From: Epithemia pelagica
Lineage: Eukaryota; Protista; Bacillariophyta
NCBI GenBank assembly: GCA_946965045.2
Contig: OX337242.1
Span: 2,170,001 to 2,234,000, forward strand
Length of the DNA stretch: 64,000 nucleotides
Direction of reading: 5' to 3'
The notes below the pieces were generated by a model, which was not told where the DNA came from, did not search any database, and saw only the letters and a program-made list of their open reading frames with translations. This document shows positions 45,028 to 57,000 of the stretch, in pieces. The position numbers and the translations under genes were made by a program. Numbering within the stretch: the stretch's first letter is position 1; each line of letters starts with the position of its first letter.

Positions 45028-46164
45028 TCAAACACTAGGGATTCTGATAATGGGCATTACTCGTCGTATTTCGACCACATACGAATCATCCTTAACTAGA
45101 GTGTCCTTGCTGGAAGTCTGTTTCCTGACAGCAAGAACGCGGCTGATTTGCTCTTGTAGTTGGTCCCTGACATTTTCCATTTCTGTTTCCTTTGCCCGCA
45201 ATACCTCCCGCTCCAAGCGAACCAATTCCTCCTCTGAGTTCTTCAAAAGCTTACTGTGTTGTGCTTCCAGTTCGGCAAGGCGAGAGAAGGACGATTGAAA
45301 TGGATCCTTTGTGGATGTATCCTGGTAGCTCGAGGGGTTTCTCACGATACCTCTGATGTTCCACAAAATGGTATTGTCACCTTGTGAAGGAAGAATACTG
45401 CTTCTCCCGCCTCCATCTTGTGTTATGCTAGGCGAGAGGAAGGATTCAATGGCTTCGATCCATACTGTCATGGTCTCTAATGAAACAGTCTGACTCGAAG
45501 GTGGGAACGTCGTGTCTGTCTCAGACTGTTTCAACTTTTCTTTCAAGAAGGATCTCAAAACCAAGAGCTCGCATACCAGCGACTCAGAAGAAGGACCTAA
45601 ACTTTCCTTGCTTCCCAGAAGTGTCAATGAATCATCGCAAGCATATTGAAATAGAACAGGAAACGGAGAATCTGAACATGGTTCCTCAGTTTGCAATGCC
45701 TCTCGATGTTGTCTTGAAAGGGTCGTTTGTGAATTGTAGTACTCGATTATCGTGGAGATAGTGGAGGGCGTCAAAATCGATGTAGATGTTGTTTTCTGGT
45801 CCTCGGTTTGTGTACCATTCTTCAAAGACGATTCTTTGTCAGAAGTCTCGCAGCTACGCTTGTCATCGTCCAGATGCCTTGTTGTTTTGGGTTGTTCTTT
45901 AAGTCGTTCTTGAATCATGTTCCACTGGATTTTTCGTTGCTGATATTGCTGTTCGGCTTGTTTGACCGCTTGTGATTCATGAGGAAGTTGGTAGGACCAC
46001 CATTCATGCAGCGACTGCAATCGTTCGCACAGTTCGGTGACAGGTGGCAGTCCGTTGTCACATTCATTTGTCTCAGACATCAGTTTTCCTTCTTCTCCTC
46101 CTTTCGTTACATCCTCGTCCATCAAAAACCCAATCCACTCCTGGGGAGATTTCGACCAAACCAT
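45028..46164 (-). CDS. Hypothetical coiled-coil protein (378 aa)
   Basis: Long ATG-initiated frame with heptad-like Q/E/K-rich segments; no family recognised. Confidence 0.7.
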   Translation of the reverse strand: MVWSKSPQEWIGFLMDEDVTKGGEEGKLMSETNECDNGLPPVTELCERLQSLHEWWSYQLPHESQAVKQAEQQYQQRKIQWNMIQERLKEQPKTTRHLDDDKRSCETSDKESSLKNGTQTEDQKTTSTSILTPSTISTIIEYYNSQTTLSRQHREALQTEEPCSDSPFPVLFQYACDDSLTLLGSKESLGPSSESLVCELLVLRSFLKEKLKQSETDTTFPPSSQTVSLETMTVWIEAIESFLSPSITQDGGGRSSILPSQGDNTILWNIRGIVRNPSSYQDTSTKDPFQSSFSRLAELEAQHSKLLKNSEEELVRLEREVLRAKETEMENVRDQLQEQISRVLAVRKQTSSKDTLVKDDSYVVEIRRVMPIIRIPSV

Positions 46165-46959
46165 TTAGTTCTATGAACCGAAGAGAATCCAATGTTTGTG
46201 GTGGTGGAGAGTTAGAATACGGGATGGCCCATTGCCGCATTCTCCTCTTGTTGACAAAAATTCATGCATCTGTCGCTGATAGATCGCAGACTACGATCGA
46301 CGTAACTTTTGAAGCTTGAAGGGCTAGCGAACTAAGTTGGAGAAAAGGGTGTTCTTGCTTGTCCAACGAATAAGAGAAGCTTTCACCTTCACGACTATGG
46401 GAGTGGCCATGCATCTAGGAGTGTCGGATATAGATTTGTATGATCCAAAGTCCTGTGCAACAAACCCTGCGAGACAGAGCCAGGGTGAAATACTTCTGTA
46501 GGCTTGCATATATCGAAAGTATCACATGAAAACTCCAGCAGAGGCAAACAACACCAACAGATGTATCGACACCCGAATGACCGCAAAAGCAAGAAATCTA
46601 AGTCCGGTACCGGCCACAGCGGTGCTCTGGGAGGGTTTCAGGGACTTTGGTGGAATCTCCCACATTCTATACATCCACCCCAGGGATCGAGGGACAGCTT
46701 TTATTGCTGTTCGGGCGTCTCTAAGCTTGATGACAAAACCGAACCGATATCCAAATGATGATTCCCTTGTAGCAACTGTTGGTTTGTTCATTTGGAGAAG
46801 AAGAAGGAACAGGGACCGTCTCTCCCTCGATAGATAGTCCTAGCAAAGCTCTTTCGCAAGCCATTGGCTTTCCTGGCTTGAGAACGACATTTGTGCGATA
46901 CATTTTACGACTGGTGTATGTTGCACTGTAATAGGAGCACCGCATTGGACATGACCTTA

Positions 46960-49022
46960 CTAGCATGTTCTCTGAGCGTCGGAATCAATAATACGACGGG
47001 ATTGAAAGGTAAAGCCCGAGTACTTGATTAAACGCTCCAGCAAGACATCTCCCATGGCCACGGCAGGGGGATAAAAACCTCCTCGAGTCTTGTCATTGTG
47101 GGTTGCCTCGGCAAGTGGCAACTTGTCAGATTCCAAGGCCAAACACAAGCCGGCCTCCATTAACATGTGTGAGGTGGCGAGAATTCCCGGATTCTCATTC
47201 ATGTACATGACCGTTTGAACCCTGTTGATCCCGGAAGCGCCCACACCTTCACCAAACACGGTCATATAGTGCTCCCGCTCCATGACGTCGATCGATGACA
47301 GACGATTGATATGGGGAAGGAGAAACCGTTGGAGCAACGCTACTGTTAATGGATTCATCATGAGAGTAAAGACCATTACCGTTGTCGTGTGCAAGACAAA
47401 GCCCGTTGCGAAATCTGGTACCAAGAGAGTTTCTCGGTACCGCAGTCGCTCATCTGCAGTCATGGTCTTGGTGCTGTTGGTTGTTGTTTCGTGTCTATTA
47501 GTGTGGTTCTTCAACGAACAGTAGTGCGCATGACTCCATCCAACAACTTGGGCATTGATGAGTGCCATGATAAAGGGGACTGTGCGTTGATTGGATCCCG
47601 GCAACACAAAGGGAGACTGGGGTCTTTCAATCGCCCGAATCAATCCTGGTGTATCCAAATCCAAAATTGCTGTGGGGTGAATAGCCTCAAAGGGATCCGA
47701 CTCTGGTGGGGGAGGGTGTTGCCCTTGAAGACCGGAAATAAAGGAAACCATGGTGCCGGCACCGACCGAACCCTTGTGTTCGTCCCAAAAGGTTGTACGG
47801 ACTAAGGAGTCGCCATGACATTCCTTGTCCAGAATGTGTCGCATTTTGAGGACAGAGAGATCCCTACAAATAATAGGTTTCAGTGAGACAACCATTGGCG
47901 TTTGAAAACGTCAACACGAAACGCCTCGAAACTGGCTGCCCAATTCTTTACGATTGCTACGTACCAGGGGATGGAATCATGTCCACAAAAGGGGACCAAA
48001 ATAGCTCCCGTTTGCTGCGCCGTGGATTGCCATTGATTCATCATGGTTTTGACCCAGGTGGTTTCTCCGGTAATGTCCACATAATGCGTCCCAAATTTGG
48101 CACAGAATTCCACCACAGAACTCCCATACAAGGAATAGGGTCCAGCCGTCGTGGCCACGACGCGCGTATCACGTACCAATCGTGGTAGCGTGGAAGGCAG
48201 GGAGGTATCGACCACCACAATCTCCACCCTGGTGACGAGTTCGGGCACATTGAGTTCGACGGCCAATTCCTCCAACACCTGACGAACTTTGAGTTCTGAT
48301 CGTCCCGCCACGGCCCAGTTCACTGCACCTCCCTTGGCTTGGTTGCTAGTGCGCTTGGGTACACCATATGTTTGGGCCAAGTATCGAGCCGCCAGTCGAC
48401 CTGTCAGCCCTGTAACCCCCAGTACCACAATATCATAGGTCCGTTCAGTCTGAGGTATAATCCCTTGCGTAGATTCAACAATGTAACCAGAATCCAGTGA
48501 CTGAGGACTCCAACGTGTAGGAGGAGGATTGCCCCGAAAGGCCGAAACGGCTAGTTTGCCAAGCTGATACACAATGGACAGCGGAAGGACGGTCGTGGCC
48601 CAGACTGGCAACAATGCCGCCGTCCAGCACAGGGTGGAAACCGAGACAGTTTCATACGTCTTTTTGGCTGCAATGGCTGGATTGGACAGTGGTTTTGTCG
48701 TTAAATACTTTGACGACGGCGGTGTCGATGACGACATTGTCATCCACAACCGGTGGGTAATTGGGCGATTGTTCTTGCGTGAGAGTCTTGCTCGAGAAGG
48801 ACAGTGATGGGGAACAGGAATTCTCGGGAGTGTGTGCCGTGGATGAAGTGACGACAACCAGCCTCTGAATTCCGACGTTCGTTGCAGTGGTGACCGAACT
48901 GAAAAGACCTCAGCAACAAAGGCTTGCACCACGACGGTCGACCGCGAAAAGCACAACAACGACAACAGTAGCAAGAGACACGGAGAACGACGAAGAATCC
49001 GAACCAATGACTCGGCGTTCAT
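46960..49022 (-). CDS. Saccharopine dehydrogenase-like oxidoreductase, probably plastid-targeted; intron 47864-47964
   Basis: YDIVVLGVTGLTG, WAVAGRS, TTAGPYSLYG, THYVDITGE, CGHDSIP-W-DL across a GT..AG intron; N-terminal hydrophobic stretch ending VQA-FV. Confidence 0.9.
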
Positions 49023-49280
49023 CGGAAAATGAGTTCTGTTGTCTCTCTTCCTTCTTCTGTTTTGATGTGCTGTTGTTGTTTGAACAACGAAGAGCCCACC
49101 AGCGGCGGCACAATAGCTGTCACCAGCGCAAGTTTCATCATGGTCGATCGAACGAATGATGTCATTGATTCTGGCTCAACTCTTTGTACAATAGTGGTAC
49201 ATTTTCCTTCTCAGTAATACGACCTCTATAATACTTGAAAGTACTCGCCCGCCGGGTGACGACGAAATTTCGGATTTCGC

Positions 49281-49863
49281 CAAGGTTGCTACTACGTCAC
49301 GTCACGGGCCACAACCGTGACGTGACTCCGTCAACTAGTGACGGGAATATGTTCCCGTCAGGTTTTTCCCGTCACTTTCGTCAATTTTGGGATATTGATA
49401 AGACAATAGGGATGTATGATAGAAATAGGATGTTTTGACTGTATGTATCATGATTAATGGTCTCTGATGTCTGTAAATGGTGCCTGAAGTGGACGGAAGC
49501 TCCACTTCGTCTCCTTTTCCAAGGATGAATCCCCAAAGTTTGTCCTTGTCCCGTCACAGTAGTGGTTCTGACATCCAACCACGGTAAGTCAACATCGATC
49601 ATGCACACATAATAGTTATGACCATGCTTGATCATCAATGGTTGATTGTTGTTCATTCCTTGGATCACTTTGGATGCCATTTTTGTGCGTTTCTCGACGT
49701 ATCTGTTTGACTACAAAAGATCCACAAAAGATTTTTTTGTTTCCCGTCACTTTTTTTCATTCCCGTCATTCGTCACAGCCTGATGGCCTGACGTGACGTC
49801 GTCAATTATACGTCACGTCACGTGACGTGCGTCAATTGTGACGTCGTCACAGTAGCATCCTTG
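49281..49863. mobile_element. 583-bp non-autonomous TIR element (MITE) with P-element-like ends
   Basis: 13-bp TIR CAAGGTTGCTACT / AGTAGCATCCTTG (1 mismatch); flanking direct repeat ATTTCGC (49274-49280, 49864-49870); dense CGTCAC/GTGACG subterminal motifs at both ends. Confidence 0.85.
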
Positions 49864-50147
49864 ATTTCGCATCCTCGTCCGCATCCTTTCGCATACTCAA
49901 TACTCGGAAGCAATCAACGGAGTCAAAGAAGTTGCATGTCGGCATGGAACAGCAAGATCTCTGTTTACTTGGCATACTATCTGAGAATATATAGTCAAAC
50001 GACGCGGCCAGTCGACGATCCAAGAATCCTTTTCAACAGACGACGCATAGTCTCGACGCGACTCTAAGGTTGCGGGGCACAACGAAGCATACAATAATAC
50101 GTCCCCCCTCCCCTGTTTTGGTCCTGGTTGTAACAAGAGAGAACGCC

Positions 50148-51362
50148 ATGGCTGTGCTTGGGCAGGTCATTTTCTTGTTGATGGTCTTCTTTTTGTTTGT
50201 ACCACTCCATGCCTGGTCCTTTCACAAGCTGCTCAGTCGCATGACAGACCTCCCCGACAAGACCAAGATTGTTTCGATTGTGTTGAAAAGTATCTTTGTC
50301 GTCCTCCAGCAGGGTATTACCGTTGCCATTCTCATTGGTAAGGATACCGACGAAATTGTCACTGCCGAATCGGACAATGACGACGACGGAACCGAATCGA
50401 GTCCTTCCATCGACGCCTTTTTACTCAAGTTCTTTGCCTCGCTCGAGTTTCTGGGGGAGGCATTGTTTTGGGTGCCCGTTGCCGTTGGTTCTCACGAGGA
50501 GTGGTTTCAAGGGTCCAAGGGAGTAGACAGTTTTATGAATGTCTTTTGGACCCATGCCTACGACACGCGATTGATACCCGATTGGACCAACTATTGTTTT
50601 GCACTCTTGGGCATTCCAGTGGTGGCCATTTTCTTTGGGACACCCATCACCATTGCTGTGGACGAATGCAGCAACTATGGTGGCATTATCATGTGGATCG
50701 TTGGTGTGTTTTTGGGAACCATAATCATTACACCCATTCTGTGTTGTGTCAAGACGGAATGGGTCACAAAGATTTTGAGCCGGCATACTGCAACCATTTT
50801 GACCGTTGTCAAAACCGTCATGGTATCCATTCCTCTGTGGGTTGGTCAATTTGGTTGCAACTGGGAATTGCCCTACATTGTGGCATTGGGCTTTTTGTCT
50901 CGAATGTACGAACTCTTTTTGGAAGAACGAGAAGAGCTCTGGTCGGCGGTAGTGTGCTGCACAGTGTCTTGCACATGGTGCACCAGTCTCTTCCAAAATG
51001 GACCGCGCAATGAACAAGAGGGAGGAGAAGAAGACGAAGAAGGCAAGGAAAGGGGGGACGGCATGAGCGAAAACGGAAATGCCGAGGCAACCAATGACAA
51101 TGGTCGTGGACTTGATAATGGCCCTGGCAACAGCAATGACGAGGAGTGCGGTGGAGTGGAAATTCCTCTCGAAGAAGCTGTCACTGGAGAAGAAATGGAC
51201 TCCATAGAGGATGGCGGAGGCGAAGCATTCCATGGACCAAAACTGGAAGGGGAACCATCTGCAGCAACCCACAACAACAATGAACATGGTCAGTCCATAT
51301 CGGTTGACTGTCATGAAAGTGTCAGTGATCAGCTAGATTCACAAGACGACGCAAGTTATTAG
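50148..51362 (+). CDS. Hypothetical multi-pass membrane protein with acidic C-terminal tail
   Basis: Several hydrophobic segments (about 6-7) followed by an E/D/G/N-rich tail. Confidence 0.75.
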   Translation: MAVLGQVIFLLMVFFLFVPLHAWSFHKLLSRMTDLPDKTKIVSIVLKSIFVVLQQGITVAILIGKDTDEIVTAESDNDDDGTESSPSIDAFLLKFFASLEFLGEALFWVPVAVGSHEEWFQGSKGVDSFMNVFWTHAYDTRLIPDWTNYCFALLGIPVVAIFFGTPITIAVDECSNYGGIIMWIVGVFLGTIIITPILCCVKTEWVTKILSRHTATILTVVKTVMVSIPLWVGQFGCNWELPYIVALGFLSRMYELFLEEREELWSAVVCCTVSCTWCTSLFQNGPRNEQEGGEEDEEGKERGDGMSENGNAEATNDNGRGLDNGPGNSNDEECGGVEIPLEEAVTGEEMDSIEDGGGEAFHGPKLEGEPSAATHNNNEHGQSISVDCHESVSDQLDSQDDASY

Positions 51363-51992
51363 ACTCTCCGAACTTACATTTATGACGATCACACCGTTTC
51401 TTTGGAGACGAATCACCATGTAGCAAAATGCAAAACCATGTCACAGGTAGGGGTAACATGTAATGGGGAACATGGAAGCCCCCATGGAACCAAAAAATGA
51501 AAAATGGCTTGTGGGCGCAATGCGACTTCAACATCGCGCCAGCCGGTACTTCCCTGTGACAGAGCCTGTTGTGCTCACAAAATCCCCTGCAGTTTTCTTC
51601 GTACATCGACCTTCAATCCAAAGCCACTGCTACGACTAAATTAAAGATCCATGTTTTCTGATCTACAACTTTAGATAGGTGTAGCTTCTCTGCAAAAAAC
51701 GCAATCTTCACAGTTGACGAGATGCATCGCTGTTCTTAAAGATCAATCAGGTTTTAGTGTATCACGTCAAGGTCATCGTCATTTTCTTCTCATTGCTACT
51801 CCTACGACCAAAGAACGTGAACAGTCAACAACAGTCAAGACCGAGGTCAAAATGTCGTGTCAGTGGCTATCACCATCTCATCTTTTGTACCATGACAAAG
51901 AGACTATATTCAAGTTTTAGACAATACTCAACTACTCAAATGTACCAGAAACATGTATTTCTCCATGTTTAACATTCAACCCGTCCACAAAT

Positions 51993-52900
51993 CTAGCTGT
52001 CGGTTGTAGAGGGTAGCGCCAATCCCACATCAGCTAGGATTTGGTCCATGGTTGCCAAGAGTTGCTCTTGCTTTTTGGCATTTGTGGCGTCGTGATGAGG
52101 TCGGGAAAAATCTCCGACATCATTGTCAAAGTATTTGCCGCTGGCCTGTGAACCAAACTTTTTCGACAAGGCAGCATCAAGCAATATGTTGGCCCCGATA
52201 CTCAAGCTCTTGCCAGGAATCCCATATCCCTCTCGAACCATTTTGGTGCCGATCAACGATGCTGGATTCAGCGCTACAATGGTTTGTGAGTATTGCTTGG
52301 AAAGAGCAATGGACCACGTTGCAATAGCCAACTTGGACTGTGCGTAGGCATGAGAGGCATCCATACTGCCTCCACGGCCTGGAATCATGGAAGGAAGATG
52401 GACGGGCATTTGCGCGGCCGACGACAAATTGATGACGCGACCACTCTGTTGGGGAATGATGGGCAAGAGACGTTTTGTCAACCAATATGGCGCTAGTGTA
52501 TTGACTGCAAACCGTACATCCATGCCATCTTTGTTCTTCCATTGTCTTGGGTTCTGAACACACCGGCATTGTTGATGAGAACATCAATCTTTTCATGTTT
52601 TTGAAGCACGGCCTCGGCCATGGCTTGGACATCGGAGAGTTTGGAAAAATCTGCTACATAGGTTTCCACCATTTCCTTCTCTTGTTCTCGCTCCTGTTGA
52701 TGCTGGTGATCATCCTTCGGTGATGCACTGGAGCAAATGCTCGAGAGTTCGGTGGCCACGGCCTGTAATTTTTGGGGATTGCGTCCATGAAGGAGCAATT
52801 TGTGACTCTTGGCTGCAAGCAATTTCGCCGCTTCGTAGCCAATGCCATCGGTGGCACCTGTTAGAAGGATCACTTTCATCGTTAGGTCACTAATGTTCAT
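51993..52900 (-). CDS. Short-chain dehydrogenase/reductase with a 1-bp frameshift at ~52531
   Basis: TGATDGIG, DVLINNAG, RVINLSS, YAQSK; adding one A restores T-K-D-G-M-D-V-R-F-A-V-N. Confidence 0.88.
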
Positions 52901-53701
52901 GAGATGCTTCGACAAGCTGCTTGTGTCTTCTTGTGTCGTCGTCTTTGCTGGTTTGAAAGATTTTTTGTGATCCCATTGTTGCCTTTGACGGATCGGAGCA
53001 TTTTGTGTTTTGTGGACATGCAAGAACAAATCTGAAAAAGTACCGTTGTCGTAGAAATTTACGCTGCAGTATGAGCCAAAGTGTAGAGAGAACTGGAACA
53101 ATTTGGATCGGAGCTTTGCAGTACCGTGTACGTAGAAATCCACCAGCGACTGTAGCACAATGTGTACCTACAAAGGAACCGAAAAGTCTTCTCGCAGTCG
53201 CGCCAAGTCCCGGCCTCACTACCCAGACTACTGGTCAGCAAAGGTTGGGGACGGTTCAAGGTGATCTCATAGGAGTAATAGACAGACACATCATGAAGCA
53301 TCGCTCGTGGTTGTGTTATGATCATATAATAGCTCATGAAGCTGAAAGCTTTTGACATTACGAGTATGATACCACCTTCCAGCATCGTGCCAGTAAGAAC
53401 ATGGGCGATGACTATGGAGTCTCCAATTAGAATTGTTGATGTAAACTCAAGGCACTTGGACAAGCCGACAAGGCCCGTCGTTTTCGAGCGGCCGGTCGTC
53501 CTTGTTAATTTCCACTGAGTTCTCTATTTCAGCACCACGAACAGCATTAAACATTTCCTGGGACATGTTACTCGCTGTATCTAGTCTTTGCTTCCAAGCT
53601 GCTTGCCGGAGTACATCTTGAACAAACACATATTCTCCCGTTTCATCGTCAAGTATCCAAAGAGCATTTGCTGCAACAGTCTTCGCTGACCAATCTCGAC
53701 A

Positions 53702-54775
53702 CTACCACCTTTGACCCGTTTCTCGTGGGTATTCTGCATAGTTCGATTTTTTCGTTCGCTTGGCGGCTTCTCCACTAGCATTGTCAAGCAGTTGTTTTTG
53801 GGAGGAGAAAAGACCAGCCAACCGGCCGGCAATGATGACAACCGATTGCTTGAAAAATGGAGCGTTCGGACGGGCCACAATCATGGTTTCCAATCGGACG
53901 GCAGATCGATCTTGCCCATCGCCCGAGGGCGGAGGATCCAGACGCAGAAAGATCCACTCGGTGTATGTTGTCGCAATACCGTATAGAGGGAGATCCACAC
54001 AAAAAGCTCGTTTCTTTCCTCGGCCTTCGCCCGCGGCTGTGAGTTGTGCCAAATTCTGATACAGGCCTTGCGTGATATTGTCCTTTTTGCCCTCGGTGAT
54101 ACAGATTCTGTGATTTTCATAATGGGCAACCCAATCAACAGGCCCTTTGCCAACAGATCCCTCAACTTGTTCTTCGCACGCCAATTTGACTCCAGAAATC
54201 GACGCCGCAAGGACAAGGATAGGGGAAATGAACTCTCGACGGGTATACTCACAGCCTTCTTCCAACGGATCATACAATTTATGTCGATTCTTCAGGTCTT
54301 GAATTGTGTGTTCTAGTCGTAGGGCGTTTTCGCTTTTTTCATCGATAGATAAAGGTGGGGGGAAGAAATTGTCCTGAAAGTCCTCGCCTACCATGGAAAT
54401 CTCCTTGACACCAGCATATTCTAGGGCTTCTATGTCAGTAAACTCGGAAAATCCCTTTTGTGTAGTTTTCACGAAAATCGTAAGGGGAACGGCGCAGTCT
54501 TGCAAGAAATTGTCGTTGATTTTGTGCTTGCCTTCCTTGTCGGAATACAAGGAAATTTGTACATCACTCAGTTCAGTCCACTTCTGCTTCGCCTCCTCTT
54601 TGATAAAACTCACGGTCAACCTGTTGCGGCGCATAGGCGGCACTACGGATGAAAAACGACCATACTTCATCGAAAACGAAATTGGACGGCCGTTGATCAA
54701 CGTATTATAATCATCGTCAGTCAACATGACTCCAGCATTGATAAGCTTGAGCTGTAAAGCATCCAAAGCACTCAT
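53702..54775 (-). CDS. Crinkler-like protein: putative ubiquitin-like N-terminal domain plus restriction-endonuclease-fold (PD-(D/E)xK) domain
   Basis: TVSFIKEEAKQK...ISLY in the N-part; EYTRREFISPIL, EEQVEGSVGKGPVDW, ITEGKKD, QGLYQNLAQL, YGIATTYTEWIFL in the C-part. Confidence 0.8.
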   Translation of the reverse strand: MSALDALQLKLINAGVMLTDDDYNTLINGRPISFSMKYGRFSSVVPPMRRNRLTVSFIKEEAKQKWTELSDVQISLYSDKEGKHKINDNFLQDCAVPLTIFVKTTQKGFSEFTDIEALEYAGVKEISMVGEDFQDNFFPPPLSIDEKSENALRLEHTIQDLKNRHKLYDPLEEGCEYTRREFISPILVLAASISGVKLACEEQVEGSVGKGPVDWVAHYENHRICITEGKKDNITQGLYQNLAQLTAAGEGRGKKRAFCVDLPLYGIATTYTEWIFLRLDPPPSGDGQDRSAVRLETMIVARPNAPFFKQSVVIIAGRLAGLFSSQKQLLDNASGEAAKRTKKSNYAEYPRETGQRW

Positions 54776-54889
54776 GGTCTGTCGTCACGTGATTTTTCGA
54801 CAGGCGGCGGAGCTTTGTTGACCGAGTTCATCAAGATCAACCATTCACCATTTTCACGTATGAGAGAAATGAAATGACAGCAAATTCAG

Positions 54890-54961
54890 GTACCCCCAGC
54901 GGGGGTATGTTTCGTCTAGCCAACGAGAATACGCCCTCCGAAACACCCCCGCTGGGGATAC
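54890..54961. repeat. GC-rich inverted repeat upstream of the Crinkler-like gene
   Basis: GTACCCCCAGCGGGGGTATGTTTCG and CGAAACACCCCCGCTGGGGATAC around a 24-nt spacer. Confidence 0.85.
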
Positions 54962-55335
54962 AGCTTCCGGTAATGGGCTCAAAACCACTCCTCAGCGTGG
55001 GTGGCTTTTAGGGTGTAATAGCCACCCCATACAATAAAGCCTGTTTCTACCGTAGTCGGCCGGCATTTCTCATTCCGGTAGGACTAGATAGGACCACCAT
55101 GAGTGAACCATGTGTGAGTCTACTTCTCCTCACCAACTACCGACGGCCCATTGATCATTTCTCGTCGGAGTAGACTAGCCAGACAAGGACATTTGGGTTT
55201 CATATATAGATCCCATGAGCTGCTTTAGTTCGTCTCAGAAGCAAGCTTGAGGTAGTGGCGAACGTATGTATCACTGTGGTGATAGCGGCAATCAAGTACA
55301 ACACACTTTTCTTCTCGAGCGCCTCGTTTTGTGTA

Positions 55336-56376
55336 TTATATAAGCGATTGCAACACTGATGTATGAATGGCCTGATCCGTTCCATCGCTTCGGGGTTGTC
55401 TTTGAGGCTGTATGGTTTTGTTTGGCTTTGGTGGTTGTGCTCGCGGGGCACCCTTGGTGGCTTCGACACTTGTTGATGCCTCTTGTGCTTCTTGTCGTTG
55501 TCGTTTTCGGTCCTTGCGTTGCTGAATTTTGTCGAGTTTCTGGCCCGTTTCCACCAACTGTTTGTAGGCTGCCGTTTCCTTGCGAGCCTGCATTGTTTCC
55601 AAACGCAACTTTTGTTCTTGGACACGTCGTTCGTAGGCCACCTTTTCCGTCAGGTGACTCCACGAAAAGCGATGCAAATATTTCAGATTCCACAAATCAT
55701 CACTCTGTAGCACATGTCTACCCTTGGCATGAGAAATTGCCGTATTGTTCAAGGCTTGAGCCACTTGTTTGGCGACACGTTTGGACGAGAACTCAATCCA
55801 TCCCTCCACGTAGCGTTTGGATCCATTCTTGCCGTGTTCCATTCGCCTTCGTTTACGAACCGACGCGTCTTCCGGCACCAGATAGATGCGTGTCACAATC
55901 GGTTTGTTGGATTGTGGTCTCTTTTTCTTGTTGTTGTTGTTGCTCGGCGCAATATCCAAAACGAGTTGGTCTTGCAACAATCGCTTAATTTTGGTGGGTG
56001 TCATGCGAGGAGGGATACGTGCCATGTACACGACACCTCGTCGTTTCAAGGCGGCATTGAAATCCTCCGTCTGTGTCAAGGACAATTGGTGGACTTTTTT
56101 GTGTTTGGTTGGTACCAGTTGTGGATTGGCTTTCGATGATGCGAGTTTCTCGTCGTCCTCCGACTCTTGGTCCAGGATTTGTATCGTGGCTTGATCCTCC
56201 AGAGGCAGTGTGGCACGATCCTTCTTGTCATTGTTGTTGTCAGTCTCGCTGTCGTCGTGAGAGTCATTGTCGTTCTGGTCACTGTGGCCGTCACCCGTGT
56301 CACTGCCATCGGACGACTCCTTGTCTAGGAATGCATCGTTGTTGTCCTCTTTCTCTCCCTGTCGAGTCAAACTCAT
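55336..56376 (-). CDS. ESF2: Pre-rRNA-processing protein ESF2/ABT1
   Basis: GVVYMARIPPRM, YVEGWIEF, DDLWNLKYLHRFSWSHLTE, acidic N-terminus. Confidence 0.93.
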   Translation of the reverse strand: MSLTRQGEKEDNNDAFLDKESSDGSDTGDGHSDQNDNDSHDDSETDNNNDKKDRATLPLEDQATIQILDQESEDDEKLASSKANPQLVPTKHKKVHQLSLTQTEDFNAALKRRGVVYMARIPPRMTPTKIKRLLQDQLVLDIAPSNNNNKKKRPQSNKPIVTRIYLVPEDASVRKRRRMEHGKNGSKRYVEGWIEFSSKRVAKQVAQALNNTAISHAKGRHVLQSDDLWNLKYLHRFSWSHLTEKVAYERRVQEQKLRLETMQARKETAAYKQLVETGQKLDKIQQRKDRKRQRQEAQEASTSVEATKGAPRAQPPKPNKTIQPQRQPRSDGTDQAIHTSVLQSLI

Positions 56377-57000
56377 TGCTTTTGAGTGTATATCTTTGGT
56401 TTCAAAATACCGCACACAAGTCGATCATCCGACAACGACGACATAACTTTTAACCGTCGTTTTCGATTTGAGAAGGTTTGGATGGTTGTGGAGAGAATCG
56501 TAATAAGCGATCCATAGGCGACCCTACATATATTGTAGTCGCGTTAAGTATCAGTGGTCGCGGAACACGGTACAGGAAAATCTCAAGATCTGCGATTTAT
56601 TTCGGCGAGGGAGAAGTCAACCGATGACGGGTGCTCCAAAGGTGCACCAACAGCGACAGGTGACGATGCTTCTTGTTATCTCCCTTCATTCTCAACGCAT
56701 ACGGAACAATAAGAAAAGATGAAAAAAGATTGCATCCTGGTGTCTGTCGATCTTACAACGCATCGAACGATGGAAGAATCGTTGCGTTGCAGTTATGGCG
56801 GTAGTCGGTTGAAGAAGGATACAGTACTCTCGAATCCATAATCCGGCAAAACCAACGGTTTCCTCCCACCGCTCTCTCCAAAACAAAAGACACAAAAAGA
56901 TCTCATTTTGAAGAAAAAAACTCTCTCGGAAAACAAAAGGTCGACATACCATCGATCTGCGACGACAAACAAACCGATCTTGAATACGAATACGAAAGCC

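Noticed and set aside
53059-53629. Minus-strand ORFs between SDR and the Crinkler-like gene
   Set aside because: Fragmentary, non-ATG starts, no recognisable domain.
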